Positions 44,997 to 54,709 of a stretch of DNA of 64,000 nt are shown here, in pieces. A model generated the notes under the pieces. That model was not told the origin of the DNA. It did no database searches and worked only from the letters and a program-made list of their open reading frames with translations. Origin of the DNA: Coriobacteriia bacterium (GTDB lineage Bacteria; Actinomycetota; Coriobacteriia; Anaerosomatales; JAAXUF01); assembly GCA_013334745.1 (NCBI GenBank), contig JAAXWY010000002.1, forward strand, positions 35,421 to 99,420, read 5' to 3'. Positions within the stretch are counted from its first letter, which is position 1, and each line of letters begins with the position of its first letter. The position numbers and the translations under genes were made by a program.

Positions 44997-45692
44997 CTAG
45001 TTCAGTGCCTCGATCGAGGTCTTCATGTTCTCCTGAGTCATCGCACCGACGATGTTCTTCGACACGATGCCGTTGGAGTTCGCGAACACGAAGGTGGGGA
45101 CGTACTGCACGCCCATCTTGTTCGCAAGTTCGATCGCGGCCTGATCGGTCTCGACGTTGAGCCTCCGGAACTCCACCTTATCGCTGTACTGCTTCTCTAG
45201 CCCCTCGACCAGGGGCTTCATCTCTGCGCAGGTGGGTCAAGAGTTGGTGTAGAACTCGATGAACACGGGCTTGCCAGCGGTCTCGATCGTCTGACTCGAG
45301 CTCTCTCCACCGGTCGTGAGCTCACCGGTGTAGGCCTGAATGCCCTCCGCGAAGTGGAGGATGTTGCCAAAGCCCATCGATGTCATCGTATTCACGGCAT
45401 CCGTGGACCTCGCACCCGTCGCGCAGTACACGACGTAGGTAGCGTTCTTGTCCCAGCTCGCGGCTGCGGTCTGCACCGTCTCGACCGGGACGTTCACCGC
45501 TCCGGGGATGTGACCGAGCTGATACTCGCCCGCCGAGCGCACATCGATGACCTGAGCGCCCTTGTCGACCGCGGCAGTCACGCCCGCGGAGTCGACGTTC
45601 TTCACACCGCCGCCGCTCGCAGGCTTAAACGCGAGGAACCCGATCCCCACGACCACGGCAGCGACGATTATCCACACAACAGACTTCTTCAA
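44997..45692 (-). CDS. membrane-anchored rhodanese-thioredoxin fusion protein with in-frame UGA (probable selenocysteine, UxxC redox motif)
   Basis: ORFs 45237..45755 and 44997..45221 share one frame and are separated only by the TGA at 45237-45239. Read-through gives ...GKPVFIEFYTNS-U-PTCAEMKPLVEGLEKQYSDKVEF...VPTFVF.., a thioredoxin fold with the stop at the first Cys position. The upstream half has a TM helix and the rhodanese active-site loop VVYCATGARS. The TTG start at 45692 is 8 nt after a GGAGGT RBS. Confidence 0.75.
45199..45217 (-). promoter_or_regulatory. candidate bacterial SECIS hairpin
   Basis: The mRNA reads AGCCCCU-GGUCG-AGGGGCU, a 7-bp perfect stem with a G/U-containing apical loop. 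It starts 19 nt after the UGA. Confidence 0.5.
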
Positions 45693-45865
45693 CCCGTAAC
45701 ACCTCCAGGGTGGCCAACACGCAATACTATACCCCACGGGGTATCCTGACCGCAACCTCCGACGCTCAAGTCGCAGGTCGGGGATAATCAGAGCAGCCCA
45801 TCCTCACTACCACTGAGCAAACCACCGACCAAGACGGTGTTTTCCGAGCACCGCAGGAAGCTCAC

Positions 45866-48800
45866 ATGCCCGACACCAGCGTCACATCGGCCAATCGCGT
45901 GACCAACGACAACGCGCCGCTGCGCGCGGAACTGCTCTCGGCCGAGCGGCTGATGGGTGAGGCTCGGGCCCTCGCCACCGAGCAGGACTCGACCACGGCC
46001 GGGCGCATCAAGGCCACGCCACTCATCACTCTGGCCGAAAGCGCGGCTTCATCCCTTTCAGCCGACAATCGGGAACTGTCCCTCGCCGCACGCGATCGGG
46101 GCGCCACCCCCCCGGCCGGCGAGTGGCTGCTCGACAACTACTACCTCATCGAAGAGCAGGTTCTGCTGGTTCGCGCGGACCTGCCGTCGCACTACGGCCT
46201 GGAACTCCCCCGTCTTGTCGGCGGACGGTTCGCCGACTTCCCGCGCATCTACGAGGCGGTCCTCTCACTAGTAGCGCATACCGACTCCCGCCTCGACGAG
46301 GAGTTTCTCACCGGTTTCGTCCATGGCTACCAAGAGGTCGCGCCGCTGACCATCGGCGAAGTGTGGGCGGTACCGATCATGCTGCGAATCGCACTCGTCG
46401 AGAACCTCTCTCGGCTTTCGCGCGCAGTCGTTGCGTCGCAGCGTGCCGAGATCGCTGCCGATGAGTGGGCCGAGCGTCTCGTGCTCACCGGGCAGGACGC
46501 TCCGGATGAGCTGGGCGCACTGCTCGGACAGCTCGACGCCGCGACTCGGAAGGTGGCGGCGCCGTTCTTCGTGCGGCTCTCACAGCGCCTCGGCGACCTC
46601 GAACACGGGGGCGACGCCATCAACGCATGGCTCGAGAGACGGCTCCTTGCCGAGGGGATCGTGCTGGAAGCCGCGTCGGCGCTCGCGCAGCAAGAGCAGG
46701 CCGCGAACCAGGTGTCGATCGCGAACTCCATCACCAGCATCCGGCTACTGGATGCGCTCGACTGGCGCGAGTTCTTCGAGAGCGTGTCGCTGGTCGAGGC
46801 CGCGCTGCGGCACGATCCGGCTCGCACGTACTCGGCGATGGACTTCGAAAGTCGCGACCGGTATCGACACGCCGTCGAGGAGATCGCTCGTCGCTCCGAA
46901 TACACCGAGCTGGGCGTCACCGAGGCCCTCATGGAGCTTTCCCGCGCCGCGCTTGCCGTCGACGCGTCTGACGGGCTGCGCGGTCACGTGGGCTGGTGGC
47001 TCGTAGACGACGGTCGCCTTGAGCTTGAATCCCAGGTTGGCTATCGCCCTCGCAAGCGCGAGCGGTTCTACCGCAATGCCCTGGTGCGGCAACACGGCCT
47101 CTTCTATTGGGGCAACATCATCGTCCTCACGGGCGTGCTGCTCGGGATGCTGACGCTCTACGCCCGAAGTGAGGGTGCGGCGACGTGGCAGGTGGTGGTG
47201 CTTGCCGTGCTCGGGGTGGTGCCGTCGGTCGAGATCGCGCTCGTCGTGGTCAATCGGCTCGCGTCGTTGGTGTTCCCCCCGAAGCGTCTGGCGAAGTTGG
47301 ACTTCCGTAAGCCGGTCGACGAGTCGCATCGCACGCTCGTGGTGGTGCCCGCGTTGTTGTCCTCGGTCGGCTCGACGCGCGAGGTCATCGGGCATCTTGA
47401 GATCACGTACCTGTCGAATCGCGACGAGAACCTTGGATTCGCGCTGCTCGGCGACGTGCGGGCGCACTCCGAAGAGGTTCGCGACGACGATGCCGAGATA
47501 CTTGACGCCGCTCGCAGCGAGATCGAGGCGCTCAATGAGCGCTACGCCGCCGAGCACGGCGTCCGCCCGTTCCACCTGCTCGTGCGCGCGCGGCGCTACA
47601 ACGCATCCGAGGGTAGCTGGATGGGCTGGGAGCGAAAGCGCGGGGCCCTGCTCGAACTCGTGCGCGACCTGCGCGGCCGACCGGACGTCTCGTTCTCGGT
47701 GCGCCTCGGCGACGCCGCATTCCGGCGCTCGTGCGCGTTCGTATTGACGCTCGACGCCGACACGGTGCTGCCGCGCGACGGCGGCAGGCGGCTTGTCTCG
47801 GCGATCGCACACCCGCTCAACCGCGCGCGCTGGCGCCCGGGCGACCCACACGTGCGTGAGGGCTACGGGCTCGTGCAGCCGCGCGTGGGGATGACGCTCG
47901 AGGGCGCTCACCGCAGCCGCTTCGCAACGCTCTACAGCGGCCCGACCGGCATCGACCCGTACGCGGGTGCCGTCTCCGACACGTATCAGGACGTGTTTGG
48001 CGAGGGCTCGTTCACCGGCAAGGGCATCTTCGAGGTCGACGTGTTCGAGGGTGTGCTTGAGGGCAGGTTCGAGGAGAACTCGCTGCTCTCCCACGACCTC
48101 GTCGAGGGCTCGTTCCTGCGCACCGCGCTCGCGAGCGACATCGAGGTACTCGACGACTACCCCGCGAACTACCTCGCAGCCGCCTCGCGACTGCATCGTT
48201 GGGTGCGCGGCGACTGGCAGACGATTCCGTGGTTGCTCGGCAAGGTGAAGGATGCGCACGGTGCACGGGTCCACAACCCGCTGACCCGGCTGCACCGCTG
48301 GAAGATCACCGACAACCTGCGCCGCTCACTGTTCGCGCCGGCAATGCTCGTGCTCGCGGTCGCTGGCTGGTGGCTGCTGCCCGAGGCGAGTCTCTCGTGG
48401 CCGCTCATCGTCGCGGCGGTGCTGCTGTTCCCCGCGTACTTCTCGCTGGCCGACTCGATGATCTTCCGGCCCAAGTCGGTCGGGTTCGTGACGACGGCTC
48501 CCTCGGTGCTGCGCGACTTCGCGACCGACACGTGGCGCGCAGTGCTGACCGTCGCCGCACTTCCGTACCAGGCATGGCTCATGCTCGACGCGATCGTGCG
48601 CGCGCTCTGGCGCATGGGCGTGAGCCACAAGTTGTTGCTCGAGTGGGAGACGGCGGCCGATGCCGAGAAGCGCGCCGGGCGCACGAAGTCGGCGTTCTTC
48701 CGAGCGATGGGACCCGCCAACGCTGCAGCGGCGCTCGTCCTCGCCAGCGGTGTGGCCGCACCGATGTTGGCCGTCGCGGACAAGGGCCACGCAGTGCTGA

Positions 48801-51800
48801 TCGCGTGGGAGCGGGCGGGGCTTGCAATCCCGTTCCTCGCCGCATGGCTTGGCGGTCCGCTGCTGACCTGGTGGCTTTCTCAGCCCGAGATCGACGCGTC
48901 CCCGGAGGCGCTTCCCGATGGTGGCCGTGGGGCACTGCGGCGCATCGCCCGCAAGACGTGGCGGTTCTTCGACACCTTCGTCGTCGATCGCGGTCACTCG
49001 CTCGCGCCCGACAACTATCAGGAGGACCCGGGCGGCGTGGTCGCCTGGCGCACCTCGCCGACGAACATCGGCCTGCAGCTGCTCTCCTTCGTCAACGCCC
49101 ACGACCTGGGATACGTGACAATCGCCGAGCTTGAGTCGCGCGTTGCATCCACGCTCGCGGCGATGGCCGGACTCGAGCGCTATCGCGGGCACTTCTATAA
49201 CTGGTACGACATCGAGACCCTCGCGCCCCTTCGCCCGACCTACATCAGCACGGTCGACTCCGGCAACCTCGCGGGGCATCTTCTCGTGCTTCGCGTGGCG
49301 TTGCTCGAGGCCACAGAGGCTCCGTTGCTCGGGCCGCAGGTCATCGACGGCGCGCGCGATGCGGTGCTGCTCGCGCTTGAGGACCTCGTCGCCGAGCAGG
49401 CCGAGCTGCCCTCCACTCTCGATGCGCACCGCCTGCGCGAGGCGCTCGACTCTCTGTTGCGCACACTCGACGTCGCCGAGCCACCCGGCGACCTCTCCGA
49501 GTGGTGGGCGCTCCTCGAGCGTCTCGGCTCTCTCGCCGACGGCGTCGCCGCAGCGCTTGGCCCGATACAGCCGCCACTGCTCGCCGACGGCGAGCCGCAC
49601 GTCCCCGCGACGCCTGTCGAGCGCCTCGCCGCGTCCGTCGGCGATGCGCTCGACGCAGTGCGCGCCCCGCGCACACTGCTCGGCGCGTACGCGCCGTGGG
49701 CGCCGCTCCTCGCGAGCGCACCGGAGTCGCTGCGCAGCGAGCCGGCGCTCGAGCCGCTTGCGGCGCGAGTGCCCAGCCTGGCCGGGCTCGCCGAGGGACT
49801 CGACGGCGCGCTTGCGGCCCTCGATGTAGCTGCCGGCGCGCCAGCGCCCGATGTGGCCGAGTGGGCCGCGAGCGTCGCGGCAGGGATTCGCGAGGCCCGG
49901 CCAGTCGCCGGCGAGCTGCTCGCGCGGATGCGGCTGTCGACGGAGATCGCGCGCGAGATGTGGGAACACACGGACTTCGGGATGCTCTACGACCCGCATC
50001 GGCAGCTGTTCTCGATCGGCTTCAACCTCAACGAAGGCCGCCTCGATGCAAGCTACTACGACCTGCTTGCGAGCGAATGCCGACTCGCGAGCTTCCTCGC
50101 GATCGCGAAGGGCGACGTGAGTCAGGAGCACTGGTTCCGTCTCGGCAGGTCGCTCACGAAGGTGCGCGGAGGTCGCGCGCTCGTCTCATGGAGCGCATCG
50201 ATGTTCGAATACCTGATGCCGTTGCTCGTGATGCGCGATTGGCCGCAGACGCTGCTATCCGAGACCTACGACACCGTTGTCGCCGCGCAGATCGCGTACG
50301 GTGACGCGCGTGGCGTGCCGTGGGGGGTCAGCGAGTCGGCGTTCAACGCCAAGGACGCCGAGCTCACCTACCAGTACCAGGCGTTCGGCGTGCCCGGACT
50401 TGGCCTGAAGCGAGGCCTTTCAGATGACGTCGTCGTCGCACCGTACGCGTCGATCATCGCGCTGCCCATCGATCCTTCGAGCGTCATCGCGAACTTGAGC
50501 GCGTTCTCCTCGGAGGGCGCCGAGGGCCGATTCGGCTACTACGAGGCGCTCGACTACACGCCGGGCCGCGTTCCCGCCGGTCAGCGCCGCGCGGTGGTCG
50601 CGAGCTACTTCGCGCACCATCAGGGCATGGCGTTCCTCGCGCTGGGCAACGCGCTGTGCGGCGGCAGGATGCGCGACCGCTTCCACGAGGATCCCGTGGT
50701 CGGCTCGGCCGAGCTGCTGCTGCAGGAGCGCGTGCCGCGCCACATCGAGCTCGTCACCCCGCATGCCGAGGAGGTCGAGAACCTGCGCTCGGTCCGAGAC
50801 CTGCCGCCTCCGGTAGCGCGCACGTACACGACCGCCGACACGATGGTGCCCGCGACGCACTTCCTTTCCAACGGCCGCTACTCGGTCATGGTCACCAACG
50901 GCGGTGGCGGCTACTCGCGCTGGAACGGCGTCGCCGTCACCCGCTACCGTGAAGACGTCACTCGCGACTGCTGGGGCACCTTCTTCTACGTACGCGACGT
51001 CGAGAGCGGCGAGGTCTTCTCGGCACCGCACAACCCGCACCCCACACGGCCAAAGCGCTACAGCTGCGTGTTCTCGCCCGACAAGGCCGAGTTCAGCCGC
51101 CACGACGGCGACCTGGAGACGCACGTCGAAGTGTCGGTCTCTCCCGAGGACGACGTCGAGGTCCGACGACTGACGATCACCAATCACGGCCTCTCCGAGC
51201 GCACGCTGGAAGTCACCAGCTACTTCGAGATCGCGCTTGCGCTGCAAGGGTCCGACCAGGCGCACAAGTCGTTCAGCAACCTCTTTGTGGAGACCGACTG
51301 GCTGCCCGAGACCAACGCCGTGCTCTTCACCCGTCGCCCACGCAGCGCCCACGAGCAGCGGTTCTGGGGCCTTCACGTGCTCGCCTGCGAGCAGGGCTCG
51401 GAGTGCACCGTCACCTACGAGACCGACCGCGCCGCATTCCTCGGCCGCCTCCACGGCGCCGATTCACCGGTTGCAGTCACGCGCGGAGGCGACCTTTCGT
51501 GCGGCAGCGGCTCGGTGCTCGACCCGTGCTGCGCGCTGCGCCGCCCGGTCACCGTTCCAGCCGGCGAGAGCGTGCGGCTGACCTTCGCGACGGGGGTCGC
51601 GGACTCGCGTGAGATCGCGCTGCGCCTCACCGAGAAGTACGCCGATCCGCGTGGCGCTCAGCGAGCCATCGACCTCGCGTGGACGGCCGCCCAACTCGAA
51701 CTGCGCGATCTCGGCATCAGCCCGCAAGAGGCGGTCACGCTCGAGCGCCTCGGCTCGCGACTTCTGCTCACCGACCCGTATTCGCCGCTCAAGATCAAGA

Positions 51801-54709
51801 CACCGGTCGAGAACGGGCTGCAGATGTCGGGACTGTGGTCGATCGGCATCAGTGGAGACCTGCCGATCCTCCTCGTACGCGTGGAAGAGATCGAGCACGC
51901 TCCCCTCGTGCGACAGGCGATCCTCGCCCACCAGTACTGGCGGCACAAGGGACTCGTCGCCGACCTCGTGGTGCTCAACACCCGGCCCACCGGCTACTCG
52001 GACGAACTCGACGACCGGCTGCGCGTGCTCGTGCGCACCGGCCATGCGCTGCAGCTTCTCGACAAGCCCGGCGGCGTCTACCTGCGGCGCATCGACCAGA
52101 TGCACCCGGACGTCGCGAACCTGCTCGCATCGGTGGCGCGCGCGACACTCGAAGGCGAAGGCGGCTCCATCGAGCTGCAGCTCAACCGCCGCGGAACTGC
52201 GCGGCCAGCCCCTGGCGCGCTGCGCTCGGTCCCGCGTAGCGGCAAGGATGGCGTGGCCGACGCCACGTCGGCAACCGACTTCGCGCGGCCCGCGCTCGAC
52301 TTCGACAATGGCATCGGCGGCTTCGACCCCGCGACCGGCGACTACGTGATCGTGCTCGAAGGCGACGACGTGACGCCGGCTCCGTGGATCGACGTGCTCG
52401 CCTCCCCTGGGTTCGGCTGCATGGTGAGCGAGGCCGGCGTGGGCTGCACGTGGGCTCTCAACAGCCACGAGAACCGCATCACCACGTGGAACAACGATCC
52501 GGTGAGCGACGGTTCGGGCGAGGCGATCTACATCCGCGATGAGGAGACCGGCGAGTTCTGGAGTCCCACCCCACTTCCCGTCAGAACCCCCGAGCCCTAC
52601 GTGGTGCGTCACGGCAAAGGTCGCGTGCGCTTCGAGCATGAGACGCACGGCATCGCCCACGAGCTCGACTGGTTCGTGCCCGCCGAGGACCCGGTGCGCG
52701 TCTGCCGGCTGCGCCTGACCAACACCGGCGACCGTGCGCGGCAGCTCTCGGCGACGCAGTTCGTTGAGTGGGTGCTCGGCGACTCGCGTTCGCGCGCACA
52801 GCAGCTCGCGGTGACGTGGTTCGATGCCGAGACCGACATCCTCACCGCGCACAACCACTTCAACCTCGACTTCCCCGGCCGCTGCGGCTTCCTCGCGACC
52901 GATCGGCCGTTGGCTGACTGGACGGCGAGCCGTGGAGAGTTCGTGGGCCGTAACGGTCGGCCGAGCGACCCGGCTGCGATGCACCGCGAGGGGCTCGGCG
53001 AAGTGTCGGGGCGCTATCACGACACCTGCGGCGCGCTCCGCTGCCTCATCGACCTCGAGCCGGGACAGACCCGCGAGGTCAGCTTCCTGCTCGGCCAGGC
53101 GGCGACGCTCGACGAAGCGCGCACGCTCGTCGCACGCTACCGCGCTCCCGGTGCGATCGAGGGCGCCCTGGACGACGCGCTCGCGTTCTGGCGCGACCTG
53201 CTCGGCACCGTACAGGTATCGACGCCCGACCCCAAGCTCGACCTGTTGGTCAACGGCCAGCTGCTCTACCAGGCGACCGCGTGTCGGCTCTGGGGCCGCA
53301 CCGCCACCTACCAGAGCAGCGGCGCGTACGGCTTCCGCGACCAGTTGCAGGACTCGATGGCGCTCCTGCTCGCACGGCCGGAGCTCGTGCGCGAGCAGAT
53401 CGTCGAGGCGAGCCGTCACCAGTTCCCCGAGGGTGACGTGTTGCACTGGTGGCAGCCGTTCTCGGGCCGAGGCGTGCGCACGCACATCTCCGATGACCGG
53501 CACTGGCTGCCGCTCGTGGTCGCCGAGTACCTCGCGGCCACCGGCGATCACTCCGTACTCGACGAGCGGACCGCCTTCCTCGACGCGCCCCTTCTGGCGC
53601 CGGAGGCCGAGGACGCCTACGTCCAGCCCCAAGCGAGCGAGCAGGCTGCGAGCGTCTACGAGCACTGCCTCGCCGCCATCGAGACCGGCCGGCGCGTCGG
53701 GCACCACGGGCTGCCGCTTATCGGCGGAGGCGACTGGAACGACGGCATGAACCGCGTCGGACACGGCGGCGCGGGCGAGAGCGTGTGGCTCGCGTGGTTC
53801 ATCGGCTACGTGATCAGCCGCTTCGCTCCCATCTGCGAGCAGCGCGGCGACACCGATCTGGCGACCGACTACCGCGAGTGGGCGACGCGACTCGCTGCGG
53901 CGGCCGAAGAGTCATGGGATGGCGCGTGGTATCGCCGCGCGTACTTCGACGACGGCTCGGCGCTGGGCACCCATACCGACGACGAGTGCCGCATCGACGC
54001 CATCGCGCAGGCCTGGGCGACGATCAGCGGACTCGGGGACGCCGACCGCGCTGCCGCGGCGCTCGACAGCGTCGAGGAGAAGCTCATCCGCCGAGAAGAC
54101 GGGCTGATCGCCCTGCTCGCACCGCCGTTCGATACCACCGAGCGCGACCCCGGCTACATCAAGGGCTACCTGCCGGGGGTGCGCGAGAACGGCGGGCAGT
54201 ACACGCACGCAGCGCTCTGGGTGGTGCTGGCGTATCTGATGCGGGGTGACGGCGACGAGGCGCACTCCCTGCTGCAACTCATCAATCCGATCGAGCACGC
54301 GCTGACGCGCGAGGCCGCCGAGCACTACGTCGTCGAGCCGTACGTGGTCGCCGCCGATGTCTACGGCGCCCCTCCACACACCGGCCGTGGCGGCTGGAGC
54401 TGGTACACGGGCTCGGCGAGCTGGTTCTATCGGGTCGCACTCAACTCGCTGCTTGGAATCCGCGTCGAAGCGCAGAACGGCGAGCGCTATCTGGCCATCG
54501 ACCCGTGCATCCCCAAGCGCTGGCCGGGATTCACGGCTGCTGTACGTGAAGGCTCGACGCTGTACCGGGTGTCCGTCGAGAATCCGCGCGGCGTGAACCG
54601 GGGAGTCGAGCGCGTCACAGTGGACGGGACACCGGCCGAGGGCGGACGCTGCCGGCTCGTCGACGACGGCGGCGTGCACGAGGTCACGGTGACTCTGCTC
54701 GGCGGCTAA
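45866..54709 (+). CDS. cgs: cyclic beta-1,2-glucan synthase (GT84 glycosyltransferase plus GH94 phosphorylase-like domains)
   Basis: 2947 aa. TM segments flank a GT domain (VLTLDADTVLPRDGGRRLV, QPRVG). The C-terminal GH94-type region (RDQLQDS, GGGDWNDGMN, ENGGQYTHAALW) matches the Cgs/NdvB/ChvB layout. Confidence 0.9.
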   Translation: MPDTSVTSANRVTNDNAPLRAELLSAERLMGEARALATEQDSTTAGRIKATPLITLAESAASSLSADNRELSLAARDRGATPPAGEWLLDNYYLIEEQVLLVRADLPSHYGLELPRLVGGRFADFPRIYEAVLSLVAHTDSRLDEEFLTGFVHGYQEVAPLTIGEVWAVPIMLRIALVENLSRLSRAVVASQRAEIAADEWAERLVLTGQDAPDELGALLGQLDAATRKVAAPFFVRLSQRLGDLEHGGDAINAWLERRLLAEGIVLEAASALAQQEQAANQVSIANSITSIRLLDALDWREFFESVSLVEAALRHDPARTYSAMDFESRDRYRHAVEEIARRSEYTELGVTEALMELSRAALAVDASDGLRGHVGWWLVDDGRLELESQVGYRPRKRERFYRNALVRQHGLFYWGNIIVLTGVLLGMLTLYARSEGAATWQVVVLAVLGVVPSVEIALVVVNRLASLVFPPKRLAKLDFRKPVDESHRTLVVVPALLSSVGSTREVIGHLEITYLSNRDENLGFALLGDVRAHSEEVRDDDAEILDAARSEIEALNERYAAEHGVRPFHLLVRARRYNASEGSWMGWERKRGALLELVRDLRGRPDVSFSVRLGDAAFRRSCAFVLTLDADTVLPRDGGRRLVSAIAHPLNRARWRPGDPHVREGYGLVQPRVGMTLEGAHRSRFATLYSGPTGIDPYAGAVSDTYQDVFGEGSFTGKGIFEVDVFEGVLEGRFEENSLLSHDLVEGSFLRTALASDIEVLDDYPANYLAAASRLHRWVRGDWQTIPWLLGKVKDAHGARVHNPLTRLHRWKITDNLRRSLFAPAMLVLAVAGWWLLPEASLSWPLIVAAVLLFPAYFSLADSMIFRPKSVGFVTTAPSVLRDFATDTWRAVLTVAALPYQAWLMLDAIVRALWRMGVSHKLLLEWETAADAEKRAGRTKSAFFRAMGPANAAAALVLASGVAAPMLAVADKGHAVLIAWERAGLAIPFLAAWLGGPLLTWWLSQPEIDASPEALPDGGRGALRRIARKTWRFFDTFVVDRGHSLAPDNYQEDPGGVVAWRTSPTNIGLQLLSFVNAHDLGYVTIAELESRVASTLAAMAGLERYRGHFYNWYDIETLAPLRPTYISTVDSGNLAGHLLVLRVALLEATEAPLLGPQVIDGARDAVLLALEDLVAEQAELPSTLDAHRLREALDSLLRTLDVAEPPGDLSEWWALLERLGSLADGVAAALGPIQPPLLADGEPHVPATPVERLAASVGDALDAVRAPRTLLGAYAPWAPLLASAPESLRSEPALEPLAARVPSLAGLAEGLDGALAALDVAAGAPAPDVAEWAASVAAGIREARPVAGELLARMRLSTEIAREMWEHTDFGMLYDPHRQLFSIGFNLNEGRLDASYYDLLASECRLASFLAIAKGDVSQEHWFRLGRSLTKVRGGRALVSWSASMFEYLMPLLVMRDWPQTLLSETYDTVVAAQIAYGDARGVPWGVSESAFNAKDAELTYQYQAFGVPGLGLKRGLSDDVVVAPYASIIALPIDPSSVIANLSAFSSEGAEGRFGYYEALDYTPGRVPAGQRRAVVASYFAHHQGMAFLALGNALCGGRMRDRFHEDPVVGSAELLLQERVPRHIELVTPHAEEVENLRSVRDLPPPVARTYTTADTMVPATHFLSNGRYSVMVTNGGGGYSRWNGVAVTRYREDVTRDCWGTFFYVRDVESGEVFSAPHNPHPTRPKRYSCVFSPDKAEFSRHDGDLETHVEVSVSPEDDVEVRRLTITNHGLSERTLEVTSYFEIALALQGSDQAHKSFSNLFVETDWLPETNAVLFTRRPRSAHEQRFWGLHVLACEQGSECTVTYETDRAAFLGRLHGADSPVAVTRGGDLSCGSGSVLDPCCALRRPVTVPAGESVRLTFATGVADSREIALRLTEKYADPRGAQRAIDLAWTAAQLELRDLGISPQEAVTLERLGSRLLLTDPYSPLKIKTPVENGLQMSGLWSIGISGDLPILLVRVEEIEHAPLVRQAILAHQYWRHKGLVADLVVLNTRPTGYSDELDDRLRVLVRTGHALQLLDKPGGVYLRRIDQMHPDVANLLASVARATLEGEGGSIELQLNRRGTARPAPGALRSVPRSGKDGVADATSATDFARPALDFDNGIGGFDPATGDYVIVLEGDDVTPAPWIDVLASPGFGCMVSEAGVGCTWALNSHENRITTWNNDPVSDGSGEAIYIRDEETGEFWSPTPLPVRTPEPYVVRHGKGRVRFEHETHGIAHELDWFVPAEDPVRVCRLRLTNTGDRARQLSATQFVEWVLGDSRSRAQQLAVTWFDAETDILTAHNHFNLDFPGRCGFLATDRPLADWTASRGEFVGRNGRPSDPAAMHREGLGEVSGRYHDTCGALRCLIDLEPGQTREVSFLLGQAATLDEARTLVARYRAPGAIEGALDDALAFWRDLLGTVQVSTPDPKLDLLVNGQLLYQATACRLWGRTATYQSSGAYGFRDQLQDSMALLLARPELVREQIVEASRHQFPEGDVLHWWQPFSGRGVRTHISDDRHWLPLVVAEYLAATGDHSVLDERTAFLDAPLLAPEAEDAYVQPQASEQAASVYEHCLAAIETGRRVGHHGLPLIGGGDWNDGMNRVGHGGAGESVWLAWFIGYVISRFAPICEQRGDTDLATDYREWATRLAAAAEESWDGAWYRRAYFDDGSALGTHTDDECRIDAIAQAWATISGLGDADRAAAALDSVEEKLIRREDGLIALLAPPFDTTERDPGYIKGYLPGVRENGGQYTHAALWVVLAYLMRGDGDEAHSLLQLINPIEHALTREAAEHYVVEPYVVAADVYGAPPHTGRGGWSWYTGSASWFYRVALNSLLGIRVEAQNGERYLAIDPCIPKRWPGFTAAVREGSTLYRVSVENPRGVNRGVERVTVDGTPAEGGRCRLVDDGGVHEVTVTLLGG

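Noticed and set aside
44649-45200. 183-aa plus-strand ORF spanning the intergenic region and the thioredoxin half of the selenoprotein gene
   Set aside because: Its composition is non-protein-like, and it runs antisense to a clearly thioredoxin-like frame.
45237-45239. Treating the rhodanese and thioredoxin ORFs as two separate genes, or as a simple nonsense pseudogene
   Set aside because: The 74-aa downstream ORF would lack its catalytic motif and an RBS. The stop sits exactly at the catalytic Cys codon position, with a SECIS-like hairpin following it. A pseudogene remains the fallback if the genome has no Sec machinery.
45957-54687. Dozens of long ORFs (up to 766 aa) on both strands inside the glucan synthase gene
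   Set aside because: All are Arg/Ala/Pro-rich with no motifs, which is typical of shadow ORFs in high-GC coding sequence. The 2947-aa frame carries all recognisable domain signatures.
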